NCBI GenBank assembly: GCA_964492935.1
Contig: CAZBLF010000011.1
Coordinates: 1 to 35,017 of the forward strand
Source of the DNA: an uncultured Methanosarcinales archaeon
GTDB taxonomy: Archaea > Nanobdellota > Nanobdellia > Woesearchaeales > JACPBV01
Reading direction: 5' to 3'
DNA length: 35,017 bases
The notes beneath the pieces are model-generated. The model had not been told where the DNA came from. It did no database searches and worked only from the letters and a program-made list of their open reading frames with translations. The stretch's first letter is position 1; every line of letters begins with the position of its first letter. Positions 17,298 through 27,400 of this stretch are shown here, in pieces. The position numbers and the translations under genes were made by a program.

Positions 17298-17302
17298 TTT
17301 TT

Positions 17303-17653
17303 TTATTCAAATTGTGCTAAGAATTCTTTCATTGCTGGAACGAGTTCTTCTCTGTTGAAATAGGGTGCAAAGACATAGTAAAGGCCTATTCCTGATGGAT
17401 TGGGATTATTCTCCGGCAATCCATACCCGAGTAGTAGGCCTGCTTTGTGAAGTTCTTCTACTGCGCCAGCTAGACGTCGATCTCCGGTGTGGACCTGGTC
17501 TTGAGTAAGGAGTGGTTGTACTGCAGCGCGAGCTTTTGGATCTTCTAGTAGTGTTGCTATCTGTTCTTCTGATAGCGATTCGAGTTTTGTTGCGAGATGG
17601 CCCTCTGGCGCCTCATAATCAGTTTTCAAACGTGTGTTTAGTTCTGGTGTCAT
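17303..17653 (-). CDS. Hypothetical protein
   Basis: 116-aa ORF with plausible composition; no recognised motif. Confidence 0.6.
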   Translation of the reverse strand: MTPELNTRLKTDYEAPEGHLATKLESLSEEQIATLLEDPKARAAVQPLLTQDQVHTGDRRLAGAVEELHKAGLLLGYGLPENNPNPSGIGLYYVFAPYFNREELVPAMKEFLAQFE

Positions 17654-17786
17654 GTTCGAGAAAAGTGCAATTATGGTTAAAAAGTACCTTTTTGGAGGTT
17701 GTTTACATTAAGCTAAACCTGTGGAAATTGAAGCTTTGAATGAAATGCGAAGCCTTTATAAGATTGTGCGCGTTTGCTAAAATCAG

Positions 17787-20651
17787 ATGAGTGAGAAATC
17801 TAGCCAGGATTTACAATTGAAAGTAGCGGAAGCTATTCAGGATGATGTGAATAAAGGTATTGTAAGAATTGACAATAGTTTTATGCAGCAGATTGGTGCT
17901 CGCATCGGAGATATTGTTGAGATTGAGGGTGATCGGAAAACGGTTGCCATTACGGATCGCGCTTATCCCGGAGATATTGGTCTTAATTTGATCAGGATGG
18001 ATGGTATTGTTAGAAGAAATGCTAAATCTGGAATTGGAGAAATTGTTGCTGTTCGCAAATGCGAGGTTAAAGAGGCTAAAAAAGTTACTATTGCTCCTGC
18101 TCGTAAGGGTATTATGATTCGTGCTTCTCCTGAGATTTTTAAGCAGGGTTTATTGGGTAGAACGATGGTGAAGGGTGATGTGGTTGCATTAGGTGGAAGT
18201 CGTAGAAGAAGGAGTGCGATGGTTGAGAATCCTTTCTTTGAGGATGTTTTTTCGATGCTCGATGAAAGTATGATGGGCTTCGGTTTTGGAGATATTAAAT
18301 TTATTGTTGCCGATACGTTGCCGAAATCTGCCGTTATTATTGGGGAGCAGACTGAGGTGGTGTTTAATCCGGAAGCGGTTGAAATTACTGACGAAATTGC
18401 ACCAGGAGTATCGTATGAGGATATTGGTGGATTGGATGATGAAATTACTAAGGTTCGTGAAATGGTCGAATTGCCGTTAAAGCATCCTGAGATTTTTGAA
18501 AGACTGGGGATAGAACCGCCGAAAGGGGTGTTGTTGAATGGTCCGCCGGGTACTGGTAAAACGTTGCTGGCTAAAGCAGTTGCTAATGAGACGAACTCAC
18601 ACTTTATTTTGATTAATGGTCCTGAAATTATGTCTAAGTATTATGGGCAATCGGAAGAGAACTTACGTAAGAAGTTTGAAGAAGCTACTAAGAATGCTCC
18701 GTCTATTATTTTCATTGATGAGATTGATGCTATTGCGACTAAAAGAGAAGAAACTAAGGGTGAAGTTGAACGCCGTGTAGTTGCACAGTTGCTTGCAAAC
18801 ATGGATGGTTTACAGTCTCGTGGAAAAGTTATTGTGATTGCTGCTACGAATGTTCCTAACTTATTGGATCCTGCTTTACGAAGACCTGGGCGATTTGATA
18901 GGGAGATTGAGATTGGTGTGCCTTCGAAAGAGGGTAGATTGAATGTCTTGAAGATTCATACTCGAAATATGCCGCTCGATCACTGGGAATCATCTATCGC
19001 ATCTAAAGCTCTCTTAAAAAGAATTAACTCTTTCGAGGGAAAATCTATAAAGAAAAAGGATGAACTCAAATTAAATATTGATACTTTAGCTGGTGAGAAA
19101 TCGGAAGAAGATAGTAAACTTAAATTGTTGGAAGAGGAAATAAAGGAACTTGAGAAATCAAAAATCGCTGCTGAGGATTCGATATTAAGAAAGATAATAT
19201 ATAAGATTAGTGCTACTCATTTAAAAGTCAAGACGCTGCAAACTAAAATTGAAGAATTTGAAAAAAAGATTAATTCTCTAAATAATGAAATTGGAAAGAT
19301 TGGCAAGCAGATCGTTACTATAAATAAAAGAAGTAGTCAGATTAAGAAAAATAAAGTGCTATTGCAGGAAATAATAAATGAGATTAAATCTATAAACCAT
19401 GCCCGCATTATACGGGATCCCACGGATCCAAGAAACATTTTCTCTGAAGAAAAATTAAAAAACATTGATGAAGAAGTAAAATTAATTATTACTGATCTTT
19501 TTTCGACGGGATTAATCTTGCCAGAGTATTATGAAAACGTGAAAAAAGACTCTGCACTCTTTATGTTAAGTGAATTTGCAGCAACAACTCATGGTTTTGT
19601 AGGTGCAGACTTAGCGGCTCTCGCGAGGGAATCTGCAATGGTTCTCCTCAGAAGAATTATCCCTGAAATGGGACTCAACGAAGAAGAATCAATCTCGAAA
19701 GAATTATTAGAAAAGTTGAAAATCACCCAAGATGATTTTAAGGAATCTCTTAAAGTAGTAGGTCCCTCTGCCCTGCGTGAGGTGTTGATTGAAAAACCCT
19801 CTACTAAGTGGGAAGATATTGGTGGTCTTGAGCCGGTTAAACAGGAACTGAAAGAGGCCGTGGAATGGCCTTTGAAAAATCCGGCGGTTTTTACTCGCTT
19901 GGGAGTGAAGCCTCCAAAAGGAATCTTATTGTATGGCGCTCCTGGAACAGGTAAAACATTACTAGCTAAAGCGGTTGCTAATGAGAGCGATGCTAACTTT
20001 ATCTCTATTAAAGGTCCTGAATTATTATCTAAATGGGTTGGTGAATCGGAAAAGGCAGTTCGTGAAATTTTTAAGCGAGCTCGACAGACTGCACCTACTA
20101 TTATTTTCTTTGATGAGATCGATAGTTTGGCACCTAGGCGGGGTGGATCGTCAGAAGGTTCGCATGTGCATGAAACGGTTGTAAATCAGTTGTTAACAGA
20201 GATTGATGGGCTAGAGGAGATGCAGGATGTTGTCGTTATAGCTGCCACTAATCGTCCGGACATAATTGATACTGCTCTTTTGCGTCCTGGTCGGTTCGAC
20301 AGGAGAATTCTTGTTGGGGCTCCCGATGAATCAACGCGAAAGGAGATTTTTAAGGTACATACTGTCGATATGCCTTTGAAAGATGTTTCGGTGGGTTCAC
20401 TTGCTGCAAAAACAGAGGGGTATGCTGGTGCCGATATTGAGGCTGTTTGTCGAGAGGCTGCGATGCTCGCCTTGCGAATGAGTCATTTAAAGGCTAAAGA
20501 AGTTACCTCTGCAGATTTCGATGATGCGTTATTGAAAGTTGCACCTTCGATTACTCCAGATGTTGAGAAAGCGTATGAAGAATTGGGTTCGAAGTTTAGT
20601 TCGGCTCGCGGTAAGGAAATGAAGGCAGAGATGCTGAATTATTTTGGTTGA
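17787..20651 (+). CDS. cdc48: CDC48/VAT AAA+ ATPase with a large insertion in the D1 lid
   Basis: N domain; two AAA modules ([15 protein letters not shown] and [15 protein letters not shown]); RPGRFDR twice; C-terminal YFG. Confidence 0.96.
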   Translation: MSEKSSQDLQLKVAEAIQDDVNKGIVRIDNSFMQQIGARIGDIVEIEGDRKTVAITDRAYPGDIGLNLIRMDGIVRRNAKSGIGEIVAVRKCEVKEAKKVTIAPARKGIMIRASPEIFKQGLLGRTMVKGDVVALGGSRRRRSAMVENPFFEDVFSMLDESMMGFGFGDIKFIVADTLPKSAVIIGEQTEVVFNPEAVEITDEIAPGVSYEDIGGLDDEITKVREMVELPLKHPEIFERLGIEPPKGVLLNGPPGTGKTLLAKAVANETNSHFILINGPEIMSKYYGQSEENLRKKFEEATKNAPSIIFIDEIDAIATKREETKGEVERRVVAQLLANMDGLQSRGKVIVIAATNVPNLLDPALRRPGRFDREIEIGVPSKEGRLNVLKIHTRNMPLDHWESSIASKALLKRINSFEGKSIKKKDELKLNIDTLAGEKSEEDSKLKLLEEEIKELEKSKIAAEDSILRKIIYKISATHLKVKTLQTKIEEFEKKINSLNNEIGKIGKQIVTINKRSSQIKKNKVLLQEIINEIKSINHARIIRDPTDPRNIFSEEKLKNIDEEVKLIITDLFSTGLILPEYYENVKKDSALFMLSEFAATTHGFVGADLAALARESAMVLLRRIIPEMGLNEEESISKELLEKLKITQDDFKESLKVVGPSALREVLIEKPSTKWEDIGGLEPVKQELKEAVEWPLKNPAVFTRLGVKPPKGILLYGAPGTGKTLLAKAVANESDANFISIKGPELLSKWVGESEKAVREIFKRARQTAPTIIFFDEIDSLAPRRGGSSEGSHVHETVVNQLLTEIDGLEEMQDVVVIAATNRPDIIDTALLRPGRFDRRILVGAPDESTRKEIFKVHTVDMPLKDVSVGSLAAKTEGYAGADIEAVCREAAMLALRMSHLKAKEVTSADFDDALLKVAPSITPDVEKAYEELGSKFSSARGKEMKAEMLNYFG

Positions 20652-20789
20652 TTTCTTCTGGAAAATTCGAACAGACTCAAGTCCGGAGATATTGTTAATT
20701 CGCATTGATATGGCTGGCCAATATATGAAAATGAATAGTGTCACTAGATTTTAGCAATGTTTATATATTCATTATCCATTATTAATTAT

Positions 20790-20948
20790 ATGAAAATGAA
20801 AGAATCGGGAGAATCAAGGAGAACAAGGTATTATGTGAGAGCTCTGCGCAGATACACTAGAGTTATTTTAGGGGCATTCATACTATTTTGTGTGATTATG
20901 GCCATTGTCTGGGCGGTACCCCGAATTTGGCATTTGGCCCTCAGTTAG
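20790..20948 (+). CDS. Small single-pass membrane protein
   Basis: Basic stretch followed by a hydrophobic helix; TTTATATA upstream. Confidence 0.45.
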   Translation: MKMKESGESRRTRYYVRALRRYTRVILGAFILFCVIMAIVWAVPRIWHLALS

Positions 20949-21014
20949 CCTATCTGAAAAGCATTGAACAAAGACGGTGTTGATCTTTGAGCTCCGAAAT
21001 TATTTTGAGTAAGC

Positions 21015-21096
21015 TTTATAAACAGATGTTTGTTTCTACTTATTACGTTACACCGGTAACGATTCTAGCGCCGCAAGGCGTGAAGGTGAGAAAGAA
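21015..21096 (+). promoter_or_regulatory. Promoter and structured 5' leader of the rps19e operon
   Basis: TTTATAAA at 21015, two hairpins (21046-21061 and 21068-21081), SD AAGGTGA at 21083. Confidence 0.6.
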
Positions 21097-21732
21097 ATGG
21101 AAGCAATATACACAGTGGATCCAAGTGATCTGATAGAACATGTATCTAAAGAATTAGAGAGTGTTGAAGCTATTAGTGCACCTGCATGGGCTGCATTTTG
21201 TAAGACAGGAGCACACGCTGAGAGACCACCTCTACGACCTGATTGGTGGAATATGCGAGCTGCATCTGTTCTGAGAAAAGTTTTCTTAAAAGGTCCTATT
21301 GGTGTTGCAAAATTAAAGCACTTGTACGGCGGTAAGAAGAACCGAGGTCACAAGCCAGAAGAATTCCGAGAGGGATCTGGTAACATTGCACGTAAAATTC
21401 TCCAACAGCTAGAAAAAGCTGGTTATTTGAAACAGGAAGCAAAGGGCGTTCATAAGGGTAGAGTTTTGACGCCTGCTGGTAAGAAAGTCTTACAGACCGC
21501 TGCTGAAACATTGTTGAAAAACAAGCCTAAGGAAGTTCCTAGGAAGGTAGTTGTCGCAGAGAAACCTGTTGTTAAAAAAGTTGAAGTTAAGAAAGAAGCT
21601 CCTAAAGCAGAAGTTAAGAAGGTTGTTGCTGAAAAGCCAGCTGCTCCGGTAGAAAAGAAAGTTGAAGCTCCTAAGGTTGAAGTGAAGAAAGAAGCTGTTG
21701 TTGAAAAGAAAGCAGAGGAGAAAAAGGAATAA
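21097..21732 (+). CDS. rps19e: 30S ribosomal protein S19e with a K/E/V/A/P-rich tail
   Basis: PAWAAFCKTGAHAERPP, DWW.MRAASVLRK, YGGKKNRG, GSGNIARKILQQLE. Confidence 0.96.
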   Translation: MEAIYTVDPSDLIEHVSKELESVEAISAPAWAAFCKTGAHAERPPLRPDWWNMRAASVLRKVFLKGPIGVAKLKHLYGGKKNRGHKPEEFREGSGNIARKILQQLEKAGYLKQEAKGVHKGRVLTPAGKKVLQTAAETLLKNKPKEVPRKVVVAEKPVVKKVEVKKEAPKAEVKKVVAEKPAAPVEKKVEAPKVEVKKEAVVEKKAEEKKE

Positions 21733-21734
21733 TC

Positions 21735-21995
21735 ATGGAAGCTACTCAGGAAGAACAGGCACAGCAGGTTGCTCAACTTGAGATGGCTTGTAAACAGAAA
21801 ATGACGAAGGATGCTGTTGAGCGATATGGCAACGTTAAGACTGCGCATCCCGATAAAGCGATGAAAGTATTGCAGATTATTGGTTCAGGGATTCAATCTG
21901 GACAGTTACAGGAAATGATTGATGGTGAACAGTTGAAGGAATTGCTTCAGAGAATTGATACTCCGCAAAGAGAAGTTACGATTAATAAGGTATAA
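21735..21995 (+). CDS. PDCD5-like DNA-binding protein
   Basis: MTKDAVERYGNVKTAHPDKA...IDGEQLKELL; conserved position after rps19e. Confidence 0.88.
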   Translation: MEATQEEQAQQVAQLEMACKQKMTKDAVERYGNVKTAHPDKAMKVLQIIGSGIQSGQLQEMIDGEQLKELLQRIDTPQREVTINKV

Positions 21996-21996
21996 G

Positions 21997-22069
21997 ATGG
22001 CAAGATAGCCACCCACCTTTTTAACAAAAAGTTGGACCAAAAATAACAAAGTGAAAAAATGGCAAGATA
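21997..22069. repeat. 11-bp direct repeat ATGGCAAGATA flanking an imperfect palindrome
   Basis: Copies at 21997-22007 and 22059-22069; CCACCTTTTT-AAC-AAAAAGTTGG between them. Confidence 0.75.
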
Positions 22070-22232
22070 CAAACACCCCAGCAGAAAAAAGCGATTAGGC
22101 AAGTTGAATAGTCTTACTCGATGGGCTCCTTTTTGGACCGTTCCTAAGATTTATGGAAAGGGAAGAAGAGTGCACCCTGGAAGACATACTGCTAAAAAGC
22201 GAAGCTGGAGAAGAGTGAAGGCTAAAGCATAA
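22059..22232 (+). CDS. rpl39e: 50S ribosomal protein L39e (57 aa; not in the ORF track)
   Basis: MARYKHPSRKKRLGKLNSLTRWAPFWTVPK...HP...KRSWRR; lies directly before rpl31e with a TAATG overlap. Confidence 0.9.
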   Translation: MARYKHPSRKKRLGKLNSLTRWAPFWTVPKIYGKGRRVHPGRHTAKKRSWRRVKAKA

Positions 22233-22753
22233 TGGCTAAAAAAGAAACTACTGAGAAACCTGCACTGGAAAGAACCTATGTTATTCCTCTTAGAAAGGTC
22301 TATCAGCGAGCTCCTCGATGGAAAAGAACGCCTCGTGCAGTAAAAGCGGTTAGAGAATTCATTGTTAAACATATGAAGGCTGCCGATGTTAAAATCGGTA
22401 AACATTTGAACCTTCTTCTTTGGAAAGATGGGATGAAGAATCCTCCTCACAAGGTTGAGGTTGAATGTGTTAAGGATAAAGACGCTGTTGTTACTGTTGA
22501 AATGGTTGGCGCTCCTAAGGAAGTTAAGAAAGAGGAGAAGAAACCCGCTAAAAAAGCAGCCTCAAAAGATGATAAGAAAAAAGATGTTGAAGTTGCTGTA
22601 AAAGATGCGCTTTCTGGTAAGGAAGAAGAAACTAAAAAGAATGAAAAGGAAGAATTAAAGACGATTAAAAAGGAAAAGATTCCTGTTCCTAAAGAGGCAG
22701 CTGCTCCGAAACAGGTTCAGCAGCAGCCAAACGCTCCGGCTAGTAAAGGTTAG
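22232..22753 (+). CDS. rpl31e: 50S ribosomal protein L31e with a charged C-terminal extension
   Basis: ERTYVIPLR, PRWKRTPRAVKAVREFIVKHMK, LNLLLWKDGMKNPP. Confidence 0.95.
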   Translation: MAKKETTEKPALERTYVIPLRKVYQRAPRWKRTPRAVKAVREFIVKHMKAADVKIGKHLNLLLWKDGMKNPPHKVEVECVKDKDAVVTVEMVGAPKEVKKEEKKPAKKAASKDDKKKDVEVAVKDALSGKEEETKKNEKEELKTIKKEKIPVPKEAAAPKQVQQQPNAPASKG

Positions 22754-22800
22754 TTCTTTTAATACAAAGATTATTAAATCGATTGGCAACTTTTCATGCT

Positions 22801-25287
22801 ATGGGAAAGCTACCGTTTGAGGAAGTACAGAGAGACATTCTTGTTAGGCAGGAGGCTGGTGTACAGACTCAGTCGGAACTGCCGATGGACGAGCTTATTG
22901 AGTATGGAATTGTTAATGTGGATAAGCCTAAAGGTCCTACATCGCATCAAACTGCTGAATTTGTTAAGAAAATCTTTGGATTGAAGAAGGCTGGGCATTC
23001 TGGGACTTTAGATCCTGGTGTTACTGGCGTGCTGCCGTGTGCGATTGGTAAGGCTACTCGGATTACGCAAGCTTTGTTGCCGGCGGGAAAGGAATATGTT
23101 GCTTTGATGTACCTGCATCAGGAGCTTGATGAACAGGTTATTCGTAAGGCGTTTGATGAGTACAAGGGCAAGATTATGCAGATGCCTCCGGTGAAGAGTG
23201 CAGTAAGGAGAATTTTGCGGCCTCGAAGCGTGTATTATATTGATATTATTGAGATTGACGGTAAGCATGTACTTTTTAGGATTGGATGCGAGGCTGGGAC
23301 GTACATTCGGAAGTATTGTTTGCATCCTGACACTACCATTTTGACGGATGGGGGCGCTGTTTTAGCTTCAGATTTTTACCTTAATCCCTTACCTGTGTAC
23401 TCGTTGCGTCAAGGTAACATGATTAAGAAAAAATCTTCAGCAACACAAAAATTACGCTCTCCTTCAAAATTACTTAAAATCACGATGACTTCAGGAATAG
23501 ATTTCACTGTTACCAAAGATCATGAAATGTTAGTTTCGAAAGATTATGGTTATGAGATGATAGAAGCTCAAAAACTAAGAAACAACGATTATCTTGTGAG
23601 AAGCTTCAACTATCCAGAAAGCGATAGTAATCTTGTGATAGCAGATTTGCTGGATGATGACTATCTTGTAGATCAATCCGAGATTAAAGAACTATGTAAA
23701 GAAGCCTTCTTGAAAAAATACGGAAGCATCAGAGCCATGTATAGGGATCTTAAGATCGATAGAAAAGCATTTTTATCGGGATCAAAAAATGCCATCACCA
23801 TTCGTCATCTAAAGTTATCTGGAATATACTCGCTTGTCAAGAAGAAGATTTATTCGTTCAAGACGCATAAAGGTTCTACTATTGCCATGAAGAAATTGGA
23901 TACTGATTTCTTCTATCTTCTTGGCTTGATCGCATCCGATGGCAATAATACGAAAGAGAAAAATACTACAAGACACACAAGAATAAAATTTCACAACAAT
24001 AATGAATCTCTTGTAGATACTTTTATTACGAAATATCAAAAGATTTTTCCAGAAATACCCATCAGTAAGAAAAAGGTGACTCCTAAATTATTTCAACTAG
24101 ATACTTCAAATAGCTTTCTTGCAACAATAGCTGCATCACTTGGGATAAAAAGCCCGCAAAAGAATTCGTGTTTGTTGTCCATCTTGAATGTGCATCCGTC
24201 CTTGATTAGGTCTTTTATCAAGGGTTGCTTTGACGGTGATGGTTCTGCATACTTCAAAAAGAAGAAATCAAAAAGAAGCCAACATACCTCCATTAGCCTA
24301 CATACTGCTAGCTATGAAGATGCAAAGACAATGCATAAAATGCTTCTAAAGATACAGATCCCAAACCGGATTTTCTATCGAAGAGTTAAGAAGAGAAGCC
24401 CATTGAGAAGTATAATGATGCATAAAGACAAATACTATGATATGTATGAAATCTCCATTAAGACTGTTTCTGCACAAAAAAAATTCATCATAGAGGTCGG
24501 AAGCGAACACTCCTTCAAATTGGCCAAATTTGATCAGATCATGTCAATAAAAAACCAATCTGAAGTAGGTGATCAGTATTATGTTCCCCTGCATTTCAAG
24601 AAAGATATCAAAATACAAAAGTCTAAGTTACACTCCATGGGAGGAAACCTTTCCAGAGTCATCACTGGCAACATACCCCTCACTCGAGGATTCTACAAAA
24701 AAGCTTCATCATTGATCAAGTTGCCCCACTTAGATGACTTTATCATCGAAAAAATAAAATCCATAGAAGAAGTTGATGGAACAGATTTTGTTTACGATAT
24801 GACTGTACCTAAGATTCATAATTTTCTTATTGAAAGTGGTTTTGTCAGTTCAAATTGTCACGACCTAGGTAGACGATTAGGATGTGGGGCGCATATGGCT
24901 CAGTTGAGGAGAAGTAAAGTTGCGACGTTTGATGAATCTACTGCGTACACCTTACAAGACATTGCGGATGCGGTGTGGTATTACAAACATGAAAAGAATG
25001 AGACGTTCCTTCGTAAGATTGTTCAGCCGATTGAGACTGGAGTTAGGCATTTAGGAAGAGTATGGGCATTAGATAGTACTTTGAAGCCGATGAGTCATGG
25101 TCGTGATTTAGCGGTGCCAGGTATTGTTAAGGTTGAAAGTGATATTGTGAAGGGTGACTTGGTTGCTGTTATGAGTATGCAGAATACTCTCGTATCATTA
25201 GGTATTGCACGATTGAGTTCTGAGAAGATGGTTTCGGCTGAGCGTGGAATTGCCGTTACAAACGATAAAGTGTTCTTGCCGCAGTGA
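22801..25287 (+). CDS. cbf5: H/ACA pseudouridine synthase Cbf5 (TruB family, PUA domain) containing an intein
   Basis: DKPKGPTSHQ, GHSGTLDPGVTG, KEYV, QMPPVKSAVRR, CEAGTYIRKY|CHDLG, GAHMAQLRR, PUA tail. Confidence 0.95.
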   Translation: MGKLPFEEVQRDILVRQEAGVQTQSELPMDELIEYGIVNVDKPKGPTSHQTAEFVKKIFGLKKAGHSGTLDPGVTGVLPCAIGKATRITQALLPAGKEYVALMYLHQELDEQVIRKAFDEYKGKIMQMPPVKSAVRRILRPRSVYYIDIIEIDGKHVLFRIGCEAGTYIRKYCLHPDTTILTDGGAVLASDFYLNPLPVYSLRQGNMIKKKSSATQKLRSPSKLLKITMTSGIDFTVTKDHEMLVSKDYGYEMIEAQKLRNNDYLVRSFNYPESDSNLVIADLLDDDYLVDQSEIKELCKEAFLKKYGSIRAMYRDLKIDRKAFLSGSKNAITIRHLKLSGIYSLVKKKIYSFKTHKGSTIAMKKLDTDFFYLLGLIASDGNNTKEKNTTRHTRIKFHNNNESLVDTFITKYQKIFPEIPISKKKVTPKLFQLDTSNSFLATIAASLGIKSPQKNSCLLSILNVHPSLIRSFIKGCFDGDGSAYFKKKKSKRSQHTSISLHTASYEDAKTMHKMLLKIQIPNRIFYRRVKKRSPLRSIMMHKDKYYDMYEISIKTVSAQKKFIIEVGSEHSFKLAKFDQIMSIKNQSEVGDQYYVPLHFKKDIKIQKSKLHSMGGNLSRVITGNIPLTRGFYKKASSLIKLPHLDDFIIEKIKSIEEVDGTDFVYDMTVPKIHNFLIESGFVSSNCHDLGRRLGCGAHMAQLRRSKVATFDESTAYTLQDIADAVWYYKHEKNETFLRKIVQPIETGVRHLGRVWALDSTLKPMSHGRDLAVPGIVKVESDIVKGDLVAVMSMQNTLVSLGIARLSSEKMVSAERGIAVTNDKVFLPQ
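23317..24855 (+). mobile_element. 513-aa intein with LAGLIDADG homing endonuclease
   Basis: Starts CLHPDT; block B TKDH; LLGLIASDG and FIKGCFDGDGS; block F VYDMTV; ends HNFLIESGFVSSN with +1 Cys; A-rich relative to the host gene. Confidence 0.95.
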
Positions 25288-25332
25288 TCGTATTGTAGAA
25301 ATCTTTATATAACCTGCACTCTCTGTGTTATT

Positions 25333-26517
25333 ATGGATTTAGATTTGTTAAAGAAGTGGCAGAGTGAAGGGGTTATCAACGCGACTCAGGCTCAACGCAT
25401 GCGGAAAGACGTAGATGCCCATAAGCGGGAAAAAGGTTCGGATAAACTTATCACTGCTATTTCCACTATTGGGTCCCTTCTTTTGGGAATTGGTGCGATT
25501 CTCTTTATTGCCTCCAACTGGAGTCAGCTTCATCGGATTGTTAAGGTGATTATTCTTCTAGCATCCACTTTTGGTTCATATGGTGCAGGTTACTTTTTTG
25601 CTTACTCTCGAGCAAACCTTCCTCGAGTAGGCAAGTCTCTCCTGTTTTTAGGTGCTCTCCTATTTGGAGCTACACTCATCTTAATTGCTCAAATTTACAA
25701 TCTTAATGCCAATACCCATATCTTGGTCTTGTTATGGCTGATTGGAATTATACCTATCTCCTACACCTTGAGATCTAAACCGCTTGCGGTATTATCTACG
25801 GTCCTCTTCTTTATCTGGATATTGGAATTTATTTCAGTGGGAAATGAATGGTGGAGTTTCTTTGAGCTGGGTAGGGGCCTCTTTCCCATTCTGATGCTCA
25901 CCGCAACCTGTCTCTTTGCTTTTGGAGGATTGCATCACGCTCTCAGCACCCGTAAAAGAGATTTGCACACGATTGGTGGTATCTACCGCATTAGCGCATT
26001 GCAGGTGCTTTTCATTAATCTTCTTTTTTTGACCTTTGAAGTATTTTCTAGAGGTGATGAGTTGGGATTTCGCTCTTCTGAATCGAGTCCTTGGCATTTG
26101 GTCTGGATTATCGGTCTAGCGGTTTTGAGTGTAGGATTCATGATCTTCAATTGGTTCTCTCCTAGCAAAGAGGGTCTTTCTTTTATTGAGCTCCCTGCGG
26201 GATTGGTTCTTGTCGGTCTTTCATTGCTGTTTTACTTTTACCCTTCAGAATCTTATTTGTATCCGGTTGTCTTTAATCTCGTCATGCCTGCGTTGGCAAT
26301 TCTTGTATTGGTAGGCGGATATATTCACCATGAAATGCGCCTTGTTAATTTAGGAATGTTCTGGCTTTCTGTTTTCATTTTCTTCAAATACTTTGATTGG
26401 TTCTGGGAATTACTTTCGAGGTCCGCATTCTTCATTGTAGGCGGTGCTTTGCTTGTTGCAGGAAGTATTGCTCTTGAGCGGAAGCGTAGACAAATCAAGA
26501 AGGAAATTGTTAGATAA
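25333..26517 (+). CDS. DUF2157-family multi-pass membrane protein
   Basis: W..EGVI...QA, IGSLLLGIGAILFIASNW, GATLILIAQIY, KYFD.FW.LL.RS.FF. Confidence 0.85.
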   Translation: MDLDLLKKWQSEGVINATQAQRMRKDVDAHKREKGSDKLITAISTIGSLLLGIGAILFIASNWSQLHRIVKVIILLASTFGSYGAGYFFAYSRANLPRVGKSLLFLGALLFGATLILIAQIYNLNANTHILVLLWLIGIIPISYTLRSKPLAVLSTVLFFIWILEFISVGNEWWSFFELGRGLFPILMLTATCLFAFGGLHHALSTRKRDLHTIGGIYRISALQVLFINLLFLTFEVFSRGDELGFRSSESSPWHLVWIIGLAVLSVGFMIFNWFSPSKEGLSFIELPAGLVLVGLSLLFYFYPSESYLYPVVFNLVMPALAILVLVGGYIHHEMRLVNLGMFWLSVFIFFKYFDWFWELLSRSAFFIVGGALLVAGSIALERKRRQIKKEIVR

Positions 26518-26518
26518 T

Positions 26519-27067
26519 ATGAAAAAAATGCACTGGTATATGTTAATTGCTGCCTTCTGGTTAGTGCTGATTTTTGGATTTATTGGAGTTAAGGAGTTCA
26601 CTCTTCAGACGGGAGAGGAGGTTATTCTGAAAACTCGGCCTGTTGATCCTCGAGATCTTTTTAGAGGAGATTATGTCATTCTTTCGTACCAGATCTCCTC
26701 TGTCGATTTAGGTAGTTATGGCCTGTCTTCTGAAGATATTGGTCTGGGAGATACTCTCCATGTGGCATTAGATCGGGATTCTGAAGGATTTGGAATCATT
26801 TCTGGGGTTTCGGAGAGGTCGTTTGAAACGCTTTCGATTCGAGGAAAGGTCGTTGATATCTCTTCTGAGACTGTGGAACTGGAGTATGGTATCGAAAGTT
26901 ACTTTGTTCCTGAAGGTCAGGGATATCAGATTGAGCGCCAACTCCGTGACTCGCTTTCTGTAGCAGTAGTTGTAGATGATTTTGGAAATGCGGTTATTAA
27001 CTCCCTACTCATTGATGGAGAGGAAGTTACTGTAGAAAGTAATTATGATTCTCGATTAATCAGTTAG
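26519..27067 (+). CDS. GDYXXLXY-domain membrane-anchored protein
   Basis: L.T.PVDPRDLFRGDYVILSY and YGIESYFVPEGQG; usual partner of DUF2157. Confidence 0.9.
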   Translation: MKKMHWYMLIAAFWLVLIFGFIGVKEFTLQTGEEVILKTRPVDPRDLFRGDYVILSYQISSVDLGSYGLSSEDIGLGDTLHVALDRDSEGFGIISGVSERSFETLSIRGKVVDISSETVELEYGIESYFVPEGQGYQIERQLRDSLSVAVVVDDFGNAVINSLLIDGEEVTVESNYDSRLIS

Positions 27068-27364
27068 TTATCCGTTAATGATGTCGTTCTGAATTCTCTT
27101 TGCTTCATTAAATACAGATAGAAATATTTCTTCGGTGAACGAATCTTCAAGACCTTGCTCCTTGGCTAGGCCTTTGAGTCTGTTCATGATTTCGATCTCT
27201 CTGGCTTCGTCGTAGATAGGAAGTTCTTTCTTCTTCTTGTACTGAGCGATATCGTGAATGAGTTGAATTCTCTCTGCGAGTGCGGTGATGATGACGATAT
27301 CGGTACGATCGATATGTCTGCGAATCTTGTTAATTTTGTCCTTCTCAGTTGTTTGGTCTGACAT
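27068..27364 (-). CDS. Chorismate mutase, AroQ type
   Basis: IRRHIDRTD..I...LAER......IAQYKK....PIYDEARE. Confidence 0.85.
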   Translation of the reverse strand: MSDQTTEKDKINKIRRHIDRTDIVIITALAERIQLIHDIAQYKKKKELPIYDEAREIEIMNRLKGLAKEQGLEDSFTEEIFLSVFNEAKRIQNDIING

Positions 27365-27400
27365 ACTTACGAGGACTTTTTGGAGATATATAAATGTTGT

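Noticed and set aside
18978..19565. Intein in CDC48
   Set aside because: No splice-junction residues, block B/F motifs or endonuclease motifs
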